In this document: positions 27,183 to 41,800 of the stretch, piece after piece
How positions within the stretch are numbered: position 1 is the stretch's first letter
How the letters are laid out: every line of letters starts with the position of its first letter
Notes under the pieces: generated by a model
What the model was told of the DNA's origin: nothing
What the model saw: the letters and a program-made list of their open reading frames with translations, nothing else
The model's database searches: none
NCBI GenBank assembly: GCA_964304625.1
Contig: OZ199838.1
Span: forward strand, 2,840,271-2,904,270
DNA: 64,000 nucleotides
Origin: Kudoa neothunni
Taxonomy: Eukaryota > Animalia > Cnidaria
Direction of reading: 5' to 3'
Position numbers and translations under genes: made by a program

Positions 27183-27357
27183 CAGTAGGTGACGGGTCGT
27201 AAATTTGAACTAATTCTTATATACAGCAAATAAAAACAAAAACTAAGATTTTAATAATTTATTAAATTGTTATGCTTTCATTCGATTCATTTTACTTAGT
27301 AATAGTATTGTGTTAGTCATTTATTCGTGGCAGGTACCCACTCGCCGTCACCTACTG
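27183..27357. mobile_element. Tc1/mariner (pogo-type) MITE, 175 bp
   Basis: 13-bp TIR CAGTAGGTGACGG / CCGTCACCTACTG; TA on both sides; followed by (TA)n. Confidence 0.85.
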
Positions 27358-27729
27358 TATATATATATATATATATATAATGTTCACAATCTTGTTGTTT
27401 TGTTAGGAAACTCCCAATAAATAATCAAAACCTATATGTAATTGTTAAGTATTTGTTTATGTACTCATAAACTTAGCGAAAGTTTGAACATTTACGCTAA
27501 TCTGAACGCGGTCCATTTTAATCTGTGTTTTTCTCTGCACTGCCTGCTTACATAATACATAACAGTAATTAATTAACGACCATTAACTGGAGATGAAGTT
27601 GCAATAACAAAATAAAAATTGATTATATTAATTGTCTTATATATATATATTTACAAAATTAGACCATATATGTCAAATTAAATTGAGTATTTCACGTTAT
27701 AACAACATGTATCAACGTTTACAATGATG

Positions 27730-28851
27730 TCTACTATATATATAAAGCTGAAGTGCCCGTGTGTGTGCCAAAATTTTTTCCTTATCGAGAGACATTTAGA
27801 AATTTTTTAAAAATCACAGTGCTTCGAAAAATCTTTAAATCATTTTCACACTACCACGTGTTTCCAAAAGTGTTTAGAAAATGGTGATTTTGTCGATTCA
27901 AGTTAGTTTATTCGATTACTGGAGTTCAACAAAGGATTAACACCGGCTTATGTCATCGTGAAGATCGGTTGAAGTTAACATTCTCCCTTATATGCTGTAT
28001 ATAATGTCAATTAAGCAATTCCATCTATATATCCGTATGTATGTATAAGTTTGGCGTTCCTGTTTAGATGTTTGTGCATATTCACTCCTTATTTGTGGAG
28101 TTTTAACGTATTTGACTTGATAAACATATTTTGAAGGTTCTATTAATGGTTTTAGATATTATAAAAAATCTATATATGTTTCATGAGTAACGAATTGATG
28201 GAGAACTTTAAAATTACATTGATTGAAGCATTATAATGGAAATACTGCATTCGTAGATTTAATTGAAATTGTCCGCTAAGTTTAACTTCCCGTGATTAAA
28301 TTCAATTCAGATGGTTGTACGTTTATTTCGTTCGATTATTCATATTGTTTATGTCGAAGTTGACCCGATTTCTGGCTGTTTTTGGGGAAAAAATGCGTTA
28401 TGATCTTGCGGGGCCAAGAGATATTAATCTGAGTAATAAAAATTAATTTTCGTCTATCTTCTTCTAACTCTATATCTTTTCCTATTTATTTGTCTCTCGT
28501 AAACAGTGGTGCACAAACTTTATGAGCCGGACCAAAAATAACGTTTAGAGTAACATTTTAACGGGATTTAGATAATTCGGGAGTGCAAAAAAATACGACA
28601 CTGACGTTATATTATTTAGTTTTGGTGCAGAGCGCTGAAACTTTGAAATGAACGCCGTGATAGATACACTCCTTCACAGAAATGATCATAGTTAAAAATT
28701 CGACATCAAAATCGTTGAAAGTATGTCACTTAAAATTTTTTAGTTATTTTTCATCTATGGAAGTTAAAATGCAGAATAGTGGCCAAATTTTCCGATTAAA
28801 TGGTATCACCTATGGAAATAACTACGAGGGGCTCGCAGTTATTTATGATAG
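27730..28851 (+). mobile_element. Helitron, second diverged copy of the 7167-8443 family
   Basis: 5' TCTACTATATATATAAAGC; shared blocks GGATTAACACCGGCTTATG, CGGTTGAAGTTAACA, TTTTAACGTATTTGACTTGATAA and ACAGAAATGATCAT; terminal hairpin AAATAACTACGAG-GGG-CTCGCAGTTATTT (28816-28844); CTAG is degenerate. Confidence 0.75.
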
Positions 28852-29031
28852 ATTATAGCAAATATTATCGATAACAAATACAGTGTCGAAAATAACCTAC
28901 TGGTGGTGAAAAAATGATAAATTCAAAAAATTAAAATAATCCACAGGTTAGATTTTTATTGTGGTCGCTGATTTGGATTACGACCAGTATTCTTCATTTT
29001 AGACGGCATAAGTTAAATGATTAAGTCAATA

Positions 29032-29232
29032 CAGTGGGTGAGGGGTAATACGCACTTTCGGTTTTTGATATAGAATTTACTACTTGTTGAATATATTACT
29101 TCAGTTGGCGTTTATAAACTTAATGTAATTTAGTTTTAAACCTGAGAAATAATTTTCAGACAAAAATTCAACAGAATATTGTAATTTAAAGGCATTGTTG
29201 GCTAATTCGCACTTTTTCCCCTTCACCCACTG
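29032..29232. mobile_element. Tc1/mariner-type MITE, 201 bp
   Basis: TIR CAGTGGGTGA(A)GGGG / CCCCTTCACCCACTG; flanks TA and CA. Confidence 0.7.
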
Positions 29233-29269
29233 CATAAAGCGATCGGACAAAAAAGGAAAAATTAATATG

Positions 29270-29310
<41 letters not shown>

Positions 29311-29942
29311 TTTGTATTTATTCTTTGAAATCATCAATTATAATTTTTAACCATTATTTGATTAACAATGTTTGAAATGAGTAATTCAGCAGATTGAACC
29401 CACATGCTCGTTGTACGTTAATGATTAAAAACAATATTATACAAGTTAATATAAAATTATGTATCATGTAATTAAAGAAGAATAAGAAAGAATTAATAAT
29501 CAGAAATAAAGTTTTATAATCCTGCTTATCGGCTTAGTAACTAACTGTCCACATGTTTCAGATTAGAATAAATTTTATAAACGTTGGTCGTTGACCTAAA
29601 AAAATATAATAATATCTCATGTCTAGAAATATAAAATGATCAACTTTGAACATATGTATAATTTCAAAAAAGATCTCTAAATATGAAAAAATTATAATAA
29701 TCATTTTTATATATTTTCCATAAAGTGAAGCCATTATTTAAAATTTATATACAAGAATTTAATAAGAAACGAAAACATCCCAAACTATAACGCAGAATAT
29801 ATGTTAAAATATCTAATTTTATTTAGCAGAGAGATTAGTATAAAGATAAATTTTATTTGGGATATGACGCTATAAAGCAACTAGAAACCTGTTGAATATA
29901 ACCTAGTATGTGATTAAAAGTCGAAATTTATTGTAAATTATC

Positions 29943-30912
29943 CTAGGTCAGGTCTTTCTTTCGTAGAATATAGAGTTTGTAGGTCATTCCTTGTGCCCAC
30001 CTTGGTATGGTTATGGTTATTTGTGCGAAACCCTTACTTTTCTTATAGGTAACCTCTTTCTCATCTAAAGATTGAAATACTCCTGAGATATTTTTGTGAT
30101 TCATCGTTGGTTTGTTGAGATATGTGTGAATTGATTCCTAATAGAATAATTATACATTTCGATTTTAATTTTCAACAGACATAGACCATATGGTTACCTT
30201 ATGTAGCCGGATTTTTTGATCGGCTCTCAACATTTTTTCACATTTCATAAATTTAAGTATAGTTCTTTTTAGATTGATATTAAAGTATTCTGAAGTTGTT
30301 TCATCTAGAAAGCGCATTGTTGCAAGAGATTTCTTAAACAACAAGCGACTAACGTATTCACCAAAACTAAACACTACTTTGGTAACTATAACACACACGC
30401 GAGGTATAAAGACATTATTGTACATGTAATAAGGTACCTCTATTTTCAGCGATGTAACCAAGCTGGATCGTCAAATACAAAACCATGTCGTTTGGATTTA
30501 GAATGGTGAGATCTGTGTCGCTCACACAGGATCTTTCATAGGAAACATTATTTTGGGTCCAACTTTCAAGTTGGAGTATACCGTTGATATTGATCAAATT
30601 CGATGACATTTTAAGTCCTTGTGATTTTTGTAGAAAGTTCAACTTATAGCTTTCATGGCGGAAACCACTTGTTTGAGTTAGAGTGAATATCTTCAATGTG
30701 ATTTCGTAGGGATTTATTTCTTTTTGGTTGGGGATAGTAGTGTCTACAATGTTGACAGAAATTTCTCGGAATTCACTCGTTAGATCTGAATATTGATTGG
30801 GGGCATTTTTAGGGAAATTTTTTGTATTATTTATGATTGGTTGGGCGTGGACATGATAAAAAATGATTAATCCCCAAATTCCTACCACACGAAACGCTGT
30901 TATTTTTGTCAT
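29943..30912 (-). CDS. Secreted protein of unknown function, ~285 aa, 3 exons
   Basis: Signal peptide MTKITAFRVVGIWGLIIFYHVHA|Q; GT-AG introns 30437-30386 and 30197-30138 join two ORFs and a last exon into one open frame ending ...LRKKDLT*; several N-x-S/T sites. Confidence 0.7.
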
Positions 30913-32548
30913 TTTATTTCCCGAATAAACACAAACTCATCCAATAATTATCTCATTTGATCAGCTAATTTCAATTTAAGTTGCATTAACTGAATCGACT
31001 AACAGTTGTTCAACAGTATCCATGGAAATATTGTCAAAATAAATCATAATCGCTTGTTCTATATTCCATATTCCAAAAAATCCAGTTGCTAACAGCAAAT
31101 CAACTCTATTTTAATTCCAACTATTCAATTTCATACATCAACAAATAAACATTTCTGTTATTGATTTAAACCGGAAATCCTCCCACACTCTAATAGTCAG
31201 TACATCTCTTTAGAGATTGGGCATAAAACACATTTTTAAAAAAATCATGTTTCGATCAATTTATTATAATGATTTTGCGATTATAGATATTCCATTTGAT
31301 AGGCTGATTATTTCATTAAATTATAATAATAGTAACGAATTGATTATTCCATGTCTAATTTATTAAACGTTGTAAGTTAATTTTTCGGCTAAATTACAGC
31401 ATTCTTGTAATCTTTGTTGATTGTCGTGAGCAATAAAAAAGTTCGTATTATAAGTATTTTTTGCGGAAATATTCTTATTTGAAGGTACTGAAATAATTCC
31501 AACGTTTGATTCTGGTTATTCTCGATTTCTCCTAGAATACATTATAAAAATTTCCCCAAATGTGGGGATTTTTGCATTATTTTTATACATGTGTGTATGG
31601 TGGGAATATGTACATGATGGTTAGGAAGGCTGTAAACGACGGGAACCTATTCAAGTGCATTGTTTTCAGGAAAAAAAGTTTTATTCAAAATAGGACAATA
31701 TTTGAAATGTCGAGGCTTTCTTTGTGGATAATTTTTATTGCGATTCAGGCCATCCTCTAAATATGGCCGATGAAGCTTTGCATCAGCATTTGGATATATA
31801 TCAACAAATTAAACAATATTAGAACGAGTGCTCATTGTTGGGAACATAATGACTCCAAATTTAGACGAAGAACCCAGTGAAACCACCTTCTCAACAAGAA
31901 AATACAAAATACGTCGTAGGAAAGCTTTTAAGGGGTCACTAATATTAAATAATAGGTGAGGACGATTCTTAAAAATTGAAAAGATTTGACACAGATAAGT
32001 TCTCGAGAATATTATTTGAGATTAATCCATGGTATCTTTATATATTAAAGATGAGGTTAGTTGCTCTCGTAATATGTCATACAATTCGTATAGAATATGC
32101 TTGAGGAACATTCAAGCGAAAGTACCAGAATTCCATTAATAAGATACCCCAGAATTTGGACGACTATATATATCTGACTAACTGTGTAAAATAAAATATT
32201 AACAAGGGAATTGAGTACCCTCTCTAAACATATAATGAATATATTTGCAAATTAAAAATTTCGTCCGATAACTACACGTATACTGTAATTTAGCCAATTT
32301 TTTTAAAAATCGAAAGTTACTATAGTCACCATTTTAAATCACATTTATCTAAAATAATTTTTCATATGGCTATATTAAATATCAATTGCTTGATCGTATC
32401 ACCAATTAATGTTCTATAGCAGATTTCTCACATTTTCAAGGGTTTATTTGATTGCACTAATATTCTATGTAAAATAGGGGCTAAATTAGATATCGACGCA
32501 AGCGCAGAGGGGTAAGAGATTAGGTGGAGGCCTTGATTACGTTTGGAA

Positions 32549-34393
32549 ATGGAGAACATCTTTGATTATATAATTATTGGAACTGGTAGCTGTCTCATTT
32601 ATTAGTTGTTTCTAAGAATTTAAGAAATAAGCGTCAATTATTAAGGGCTAAAAAATGCTATTCTCTCAGCTGGATTAGCTCAACGAAAAATGTCAATCTA
32701 CCACATTGACAAGTATATTATGGTGGATTTATCGAATGCCATTTAATTTTTGCCAAAGAAAGCCAAACTATGGAAGTTATTGGATGTCACTTACATTCGA
32801 GGAAATTCTTGAAATTGAAAAGAATCCTCAGCAATATACGGATGAATGTTTTTCTAATTTTGAGTTTGTGAACAATTTGTGGTAGGTTAATGATAGAGTT
32901 TGCATTTTTAAGTTGTTTTTAGTGAAGAGATTGAGACCAACGATTCAACTGAAGAGAGTTTACCACAATCGGGTGCCTCTGAGCACATACTAACTCAACA
33001 AAAATGTCTGCAACATCCCTCAACGTTAACTATCAAAGATATGACGCGATTGTCAAATAAATTCAAATTCGATTTCGTTCCAAAGATTTTCCAAAACAAT
33101 TGCAAAACAATCAAACTTATAGTTGACTCTCAAACTCATAATTATTTGGAATTTATGGTCCATGGAAAAAGTTTTATTGGCCACTGCAACGCTAGCGAAG
33201 ACCTACTCATGATACCATTCACTCGCGGAGATGTTTTTAGAAACGATCGAATGAATCCGTTAGAGAAACGCTCTTTTGTTAGATTTATCACCAAATGTTT
33301 GCAACTTTATTCCACTATTACCGCCATCCCCATCCCCACGCCCACCCCCACCAACGAAGATAATGAACAAGTTGATTGTGATGGAATGCCTTCTGAAGAA
33401 GATTTAGCGAAGAAGGAGTTACAATTGGAGTTGATAGAATTTTTTAAGCACGCCAAACTACCCAATAACCTTTTAAATGTGTTATCGCACGGTTACATTA
33501 TCAGTGACTGCTTTTTGAACGAAGAGGGAAAGTTGTTGAAAGGATTAGACTTTGTGAGACAGTTAGGAGCGTTAACTGAAGCGCTATACACCTTTAACAC
33601 CCAATCCACACATGTTTGTCTGCGTTATGGCATTAGCGAGCTGGCACAAGCGTTTTGTCGAGTGTCTGCGGTGTATGGAACTGTTTTCCGGCTAAATGTT
33701 CTGATTCCTTTATTGTTGATTATGATCCGGAAGATGAGGTTAAATTCACTTTAAAAATCAATGATGATGTTATTAGATCGAAAAATGTCATAGTTGAGCC
33801 ACAATATTTAAAATATATAATCGGTGCACCGAGTCCACTCCATAAATCCCCAGTGAAAAAACTTATGCGGGCAATACTGGTAACCACTCACTCACTGTTT
33901 GCTCACACATCCACAGATGAACAACATGAATCATCTTCTATTCTGACTATATTGGAGAAGAATATCAACGAGACAAACAATCAAGTGGATACAATTGCGT
34001 TTGAATTGGGCACCAAGTTAATGGTCACACCGATGAATCTAAAGTTAGTTCATCTATTCAAGTGGAGCAATGAGGATTCTGCGAAACAATCTTTTCACAA
34101 TTTATTAAAGATATATTTTTCAACGGATAACGATCAATCCTCAGTAACAAAGCCCAAGATTTATATTCCTTCTTTTTTGTTCATAATGTTTATGAGGCGT
34201 TTGACCAGAATCAACATCCTCCATTGATTACCACCACTTACCCACATCCTTCATTGAATGTAGATAACGAATTGATAGAGGTATCCTTGTGCCAATAATC
34301 TATTTTTATTATGCTATTTAGGTTGCTTCTCTAATGGAGTATATCGATCCTCAAACACCTATACTTTTACCTCGCAAAATCCACGATAATTAA
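32549..34393 (+). CDS. CHM: Rab escort protein (GDI/REP family); two apparent 1-nt deletions
   Basis: FDYIIIGTG|LKNAILSAGL...HIDK|KPNYGSYW, PFTRGDVF, LEKRSFVRF, YGISELAQAFCRVSAVYG and KPKI(L)YSFFF; short introns near 32586, 32713, 32882 and 34281; frameshifts at ~33697 and ~34160. Confidence 0.88.
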
Positions 34394-37089
34394 TAACTAG
34401 GATATTGGATTGATTTTTTACAAGTTAAAATTCATTGTTTATAGTTTTAATTTTATACCATTTTGCTGTAAATTCAGTGTATCGCACATTATTTAATGAG
34501 CCGCTTATCAAGGAAATATCTGATTTTTGGCATTCCTTATTTGTTAGGTGTTCTCTTCTGGGTGTGTTTTTCATGCCGGATTAGGTTGAAACTTATTAAG
34601 TTAAGTTGAATTGGGACTAGGATCATGTCCTAGATAATTTTAATCCGTGTATGCATTTTTATAGCCATTCAAGAAATATTAATTTTTACCTTGATCACAA
34701 TATTTGAAATTGAATGAAGAATAGCTCGAATTCCCCACCCAACATAGCTCGGTGAAAGTTTTTCACTTAGAAGTTTCTTAGAAAAATATATTAATTTTTC
34801 AGATTAATGTATAGGAGTAAAGTTAAAATTTGTATAAAGCATTATGCTTTTAAAGATTGTAGTTAGCGAAATTAAGATCATGATTACTTCTAAAATCTAG
34901 ATGAAGGTGTACCCACCCTGGCCTTCAATTAACAACTCTATATAAAGCCACGTAAATTTCTTGTTATAAGGAAACAATGTTGGCACGCATCTCTTGTCTA
35001 CACATTAGATAATAGAATTTTAGATAACAATTGGTGTTTTATTCTAATAATGTGCAGCGAGTTTTGTCAAAATTTAAATTAATTAAAATAATTTTTTAAA
35101 CTATATTTTAAAAACAATTTTTGAGAATTACATCTCAAAAATTGTTAGAAGGTATACTTTTTTTTCGTCATTAATGGGTTAAATAATAATAATAATAATA
35201 ATAGGAACCCCCAAACTTGCCTTTTGGGACGAATACTCAATAAACAATCAAATTAAAAAAACATTGACTTTATAGAAAAGTAGATCTAACTTTTTAGGAT
35301 TATTATATTTAATATTAAACGTAAACATTGAATCAGACATAGTTGGTAATATTAAATAAAAAAAATTTATCCAGGCATTTATTTTAATTAGTAATAGAAT
35401 TATTTTGGTTATAATAATAATAATAATAATAATAATATAATAATAAATTTTGTTTTCAATCCAGGAATAGTGGACAGGACGAAAGATACATGTTAATAAA
35501 ATGTACATCGTCATATTTTGATGGTTTAATTAGTATCACTCCGTAGAATGCACAATATTTCATAAATTAAAGCGAGAATTAATCTCTATCTTTCTAATTT
35601 GTGGTAAAAACATGGATTGATTTTACACAATAACTCCGCGCCCTCTTAACAGACTTTTAGGGTAAAAATAATGCGTTAATTAAAAACAAGAAGCCCTTAT
35701 ATAGGTTTTAAAATAAATGATTAAATTAAAACGGCTCATAATAAATTTATATTTAATCACTATTGATTTCTTAAAAATATTGATTTTCTCCATAATAACA
35801 AAATATGTTGGACGCCATTAGATCAGAAATAGTTAAAAAGTAGTTATATAATCTAACTGTTAAATTTTTAATTTATCATGGGATTTGTTTTACTCAGCAA
35901 AGCCAATTCTCGAATGAATCGAGTATCATATAAATGATTATCTCTCAGATGTTTATTGTAATGAGATTAGGATTCGAGTAGAGATTGTTGGTGACATTGA
36001 AGCTGCTTTATTGAATATTCAAACATCTATCTGCCGGTAAAAAGCCAGAAACAAGTAATTTTGATTAAAATACGTTCATATTCACGCTATTTTATTCTTT
36101 CGCGTCAATAATTGGTGAAGTTAGTTACACAGTTCTAGGATAATCACGCCTACCATTGAACATTAATATTGTAATATGTTATTAGATAGAAATCATTTGA
36201 AAGTAACATTTATTAGAACAAGAACTCGTTATTCTATATAGTGAAATTTATTTATTACACACATTATGTGTCCAATCATATTGACTCAGTCGTAACTGTA
36301 TCATTATTGGTAGGTGACAACCAATTCTTAATCTGTTAAAAAGCCTTATTAGATAAGATCTATTCAAAATATGGCATTTAAATGCGTTTATATGACTTTC
36401 ATTAAGAATTTTTTATTTTTACCGAAACTCTCACTAAATACAATGACTTAGGGGTAGTACGTAACTAAAATCATTGGACACGAGTCATAATCTCCTTTTT
36501 AAGAGAAAATTCATTACACACGACACAAAAAATTCACAAAAACCATTGATAATGTAAATTTTCTTAAATCAAATTGAAATAATACGTTATTAAGTTTATA
36601 TTGTGTGAGTTAAATTTACTAGGTATTTAATAAATTGGGTTTATTGCGATATTACGTACGACCCATAAGTTATTGTATATACATAATTGTGATAATTGAA
36701 CAGTGATTTATACTCCTTTAAGAAATATCTGATTAAAGAATTTATAAATTAAGCAGACTCAAAAATTCATAGTACAACCAGATTTTATGGAAGTATGCTG
36801 CATTTATTAACACAGACTATCGAATATTAAGATAAATTGTTCTGGCTATAAATGGAGTTTTAGATAATAGAGAATCAGTTATAGAACATCTGAAAATATT
36901 ATCTGTGGCATAGATATGCAATGGTGTCTTCCAACGAGTGTATACGTGCTTTATTTGAGCATTGTGCAAAACTATCATAAATAGAAATAATAAAAATAAA
37001 TAGTAGAAGCCATTAAATTAATGAAAGTACAAATACGAGTTGTAGCAGATCCAAAAGGTAATATATACACAGTTTGTGGGTAAGAGTTT

Positions 37090-37335
37090 CTGGAGTTCAA
37101 AATTGTCATTGCGTAAACGAAGATGCTGTTTAATATTTAAATTTACCAGGAAATTCTCTCAGCCTTTAAGTAGAACAGAATCCTAAACTTTAATCTGTTT
37201 TATAAGCTTTAATGATGTTATATAGATTGAATCTGTGGGGTATAAGAACAAGATTTTATTAGCTAACACCTCGAACAATTTAAATATCTAATGCAGTCCC
37301 TTCACTGCATCGAACTGTAATTGCAGACACATCTC
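37090..37335 (-). pseudogene. Possible non-LTR retrotransposon reverse transcriptase remnant
   Basis: Minus strand TVRCSEGTALDI*IVRGVS...P.RFNLY...HLR..ND resembles the RGVRQG..LSP.LFNLY...HL.FADD motifs; heavily decayed. Confidence 0.35.
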
Positions 37336-37340
37336 ACCTT

Positions 37341-37377
<37 letters not shown>

Positions 37378-38811
37378 ATACATTATAAGCTCAGCAATCA
37401 ATAAGGAGCAGATACACAAAATGTACATGAAAAGGCCTAATTGGAAACCTCATAAATCTTATTCCAATGAGGAGACACTCGTCGCAAATACTGGCGTTTT
37501 ATAAGTTTTGGATTTTAATGGAGTGTAACACTTTAAACTGCTTTACTGATAATGCATGATCCTTAAGTGATTGTGTTTGCCTTTTGTAACCGGGTATATT
37601 CGTCTTAATTAATTAATTAATCAATCAATCAATCAATCAATCAATTAATTAATTATTTGTTTATTTATTTGTGTATTTATAAATAAATAAATAAATAGGA
37701 TCGATCGTCTAATGGAAATAGCATTTGGCTTATTACGCCTAATGTTAGGATCGATATATTGGTCGAAAAAATTAAAAAAATAGAGGAAAAACTTACATTT
37801 TATCATATTCCCAAAGAGCAAATATTGAGTAAAAATTTAGCTTTAAATAGATGCTAAGAAGCCAGTGGTTTTTGGTCTGCAGGAAATTTCACAGCATTTG
37901 TGTTATTAAAAAATATTTATTTATTACAAATCCAGTCATCACAGGTTTAATTTAATCTATTTATTAATTTCACTCATAATTCGAGAGAATAAAAATAATG
38001 GATAAAACGGTCACATTTAATAACACATGCTGATTCAAAGTAATTATAAGTAAATTCACATCTTCCGACAACGAGAAATATGAGAGAGATGGAGAGGTTG
38101 GAAAAGGTATTAGTGTGATAATATTTTGAATTTTTATTCACAAGGTAATATAAGAGATTATAAAATATTCTCATAATCCAGAATCTGGGATTAGGATTTG
38201 GTGAAAATTTTGATCATTTAGTTGTTTTGGGTTATTAACAGGGTGGTTGAGCTCTCGATGTATTTGATACGTTATAATTCGAAGCATCCACGATAAAAAT
38301 AATTCTATTTAATGGGTAATACTGGTTGAATACTTGAATTTTAGATAAACGAATAATTGTTGATGTTATCTGATAATTTATTTTGAAAAGGTGTAACCGC
38401 ATTCGGATAATCTCATTAGTTGATAATTTTTCAATGGAAAATTAGATTGATTCTGTCGATAAAGTTGTAATGAAAGTGGAATCGAATAACAACTCAATTA
38501 AAAACAATTGCCTCACCACGCAGCTGCTTGTGGTCCAATAATCTGGTTATTGACCAAAAACAGCGAAATCTGTTAAATCTGAGATTAGTTACTTCAGTTT
38601 TTCGCGAAAGTTTTCAATGGATCACATGATCGAATAGAGTATCAAATTAGACTCCACAGTCTATCCTTACACAAATAAGGTGTTATGCTTGATCGCTAAT
38701 TTAATGTAAAGTCCCACCATCGAGTGGAGGGAATGGAAACGAAGCGCGCCATTAGTTAAATCTGAAATCGTTTCTGATTCGTTAATCACCGTTCCATTTA
38801 GTGAAAATTAA

Positions 38812-41800
38812 TTGGACAGCAATAAACCGAAGTTTTCTATCACCTCTGAAACTGTGATGGTTAGTTCGAATCAACAGAAACCCACCAAAAACCTACCCCT
38901 ATTTTATGCCGCCAAAAATCCATTTACATATGAAGACATGTTGACTTTTGAGTGGTTTGAATCGGATTTCACGGGAGATCGAATCTACTTTTTGGAACCA
39001 AAAAATGATTCCAATCAATCCCACAAAGAGACAAATTCGAGTCGTCATTGCGTACCATCATCTAGTGGAGGGTTGATTTGGGTTTTCGATCGCCAGCAAC
39101 AACAAAAAACAACACCAACAACAAATCAATGACAATCTCAATACCTCCCTCCTCAATAGTCGTATCTTTGGTGGGTGTTGTTGATTTGGCGCTAATTATT
39201 ATTTAGAAGTACCATGATGCGGACGGCAAATTGCTTCAATCCAATCAACAAAAAGGAATACCTTCAAAAGCGGACTACAGTTCGCAAATAGCCTCCAACA
39301 ACTATTCCGAGAAAAGCTCTACTGATTGGTATTTTTTAATGGAATTTGAGGATAGGTTGGTATTGGTCGGTGTAGTAGTTGTTGATGTGTTGGCATCACG
39401 ATCGACCATCGACCCAATATTGAAATTGCTTGTTGATTTCACTTATTCTCTGTCTGTGGATGGTGGTATCGTATTAAATTAACGATAATTATTTTAGCTC
39501 GGACTTGAAATACAACCAGCATGGAACTGATTATAGCATGCCGCCCCAGAAAAATGCATCATTGAAAAATGTGGTGTTCGAATAATAGAGAAGGTTGGCG
39601 ATGGAAAATACAGCAACCAATCCAAAAAAGTTTGCACCACACCAGTTGCCATGATATGATTTTGGTCTATTTGTAGCAGATTTAAAGAACGACTTTACAC
39701 ATTGACTGTTGATGAGATTGAGCATTATAAACAAATCGCCACCGCACATCTGAAAGAGTTCACAGCTCTTTATGCTGTACCATTTGGAGAGCAAAGTAGT
39801 GCTTCCTCCTCGAAACAGTATATTTTTGCATATTATCGGTTGATTGTGTTGAATTTTGTCAAATAAACTCGGTAGGATAACTCCAAAAAGTCGCAATAAA
39901 CGCAAATCAATCACTATCCTCAGGTATCTACATCTGAACATTTGCAGATTGGCTGATGTATTATTATTGCTGAACCGATTAACGTACTCATCCAGGTAAC
40001 GACGTGTTCAATTGGTCGCCATACGAGTGTGTAAAAAAATTCGGTCTTCCTCTCCCACCTTCGATCTACAAAGCCACCCAATATGTGTCGATGAAAGCCA
40101 CTCCACTGATGGACTTTTCAGACGATGTGGTCTCATGTCCAGGAAAAACAAATTGATCAAGTCCATCATCGATTGCCCAACGACATCAACAGCTTTCGGG
40201 AATACACCAACTACGATATTGCCGATATAGTGAAACATTATTTGGTGAGAATACCCGGGACTATTTTTACGAGAAAATTTGTCCACGTTTTCTCCATCCT
40301 ACTCACCAACACGGGAATCAACGAATGTCTCAACAATGATGAAAATCAAAGCACAATAATCAGATCACACATTGATCTCGCAAGGGTAGCTATTATGAGT
40401 CTACCAGATGAGTATCGAGAGATACTGCAGGTTATACTTGAGATGCTTAAAACCGTATCAAACCATTTCCAACGAAAATGGAGTAATTTGATCGCGCGCG
40501 ATTGTGAGATGTTTTGGTATTGTGTGTAGATGACCGCCGAAAATTTAGCTACCTGTTTAACCCCATCAATTTTCCAATTAAATTTTGACAGGGCTACACT
40601 CACCAAACCATCAGATGGTAAAGCTACCGAAAGAAACCTACTAAATATCAACGTACCGAGCTTAGAGGTATCTTGATTCGGTTGTGGGTTGTTGAAACAC
40701 TCGACCAATGGGGATTTTAATAATTGTCCCATTGGCCAATTGTTGATTTTTAAAATTCTTATTATTACGATTGAGACTTCTCAATCCTTGCAGAGCCTGC
40801 GTATTTAAATTGGATAGCGAACATTTTTCCTACTATTTCGGTCTAATAACACCAAAGATGCGTTAACCCTCGAATTTAACTAAGTGACTAAACAAATATT
40901 TTTGACCTATTATGTCTAATTTTAATAATTTTGTATAAATTATCCAAAAATTAAATACTTGGACATCGCTATTTTAATCAAATAATCACTATTCGATCAT
41001 CAGAAATGAAATAATAAATTATCTACTACAGTGGTGAGTAAATGCGACCCTTGAAGATATATGTGTTGCCCGCGTAGGGTTTAAGAGCGTTTAGGGTTTT
41101 AACAATCCGTTTTCTTAATTAATATAAATCAGCTTCTATTATCAATTGATACAGTATTTTAAACAAAGAACCACTAGAATAAATTTTCAAACTATCACAT
41201 TTTTACATATTTTTGTGTGCGAAAGAATTAACTTTGATATTGAAAAAATTATTTACAAAACCGAGAACCCATTTTAAAGCTGCAAACAATTTTAGAAATA
41301 ACCGAAACCGACCAGTCTCAACCTCTAGAGTGTAGGTTAGAGGTCAGCAACTCGCATGCCGCATGTGGCTCAATAAGGTCATATGTGCTGCTCTTCATCT
41401 TGTGGGCATAATATAAACTACAATATGTAAGGTTAAATCACGAAGAGATTTTATAACTCGTAGTCGTTGAACTCATTACTACGTTCAAATTTTGAATTTT
41501 CATCGGACATAAATCATTTTTAATGAAAACATATGGATATTGAAATGAATGTATGGTGGTACTCCAATTTCAACAACTTGAACTAATTCTCTTAATTTCC
41601 AACTTAAAAGTTAAATATAGAAAGAAATAATTCAGCAAAAACAATTAACTTATAAATAATTAAAATTCCTCATAGAAAATTGTCCTATGCATATTTAATA
41701 ATTAACGAGTCACAATAACTCTAAATGTTCCCAATTTTATCTACGGTTTTAATTCCAAAATTTATTTTTTATCATTAATAAAAAAATTATTATTGAACTG

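Noticed and set aside
31560-32180. Coding-like fragments with possible splice sites
   Set aside because: Stops in all frames and no recognisable family; cannot build a gene model
33698-33738. 41-bp intron explaining the first REP frameshift
   Set aside because: Weak GAG acceptor, and the segment (SFIVD) appears homologous to REP coding sequence
39531-40732. Minus-strand ORFs of 92-136 aa
   Set aside because: Antisense to RhoGAP exons
40794-40800. 7-nt micro-exon AG|AGCCTGC|GT
   Set aside because: Direct phase-0 splicing 40652 to 44010 already gives a family-consistent protein; inclusion would break frame
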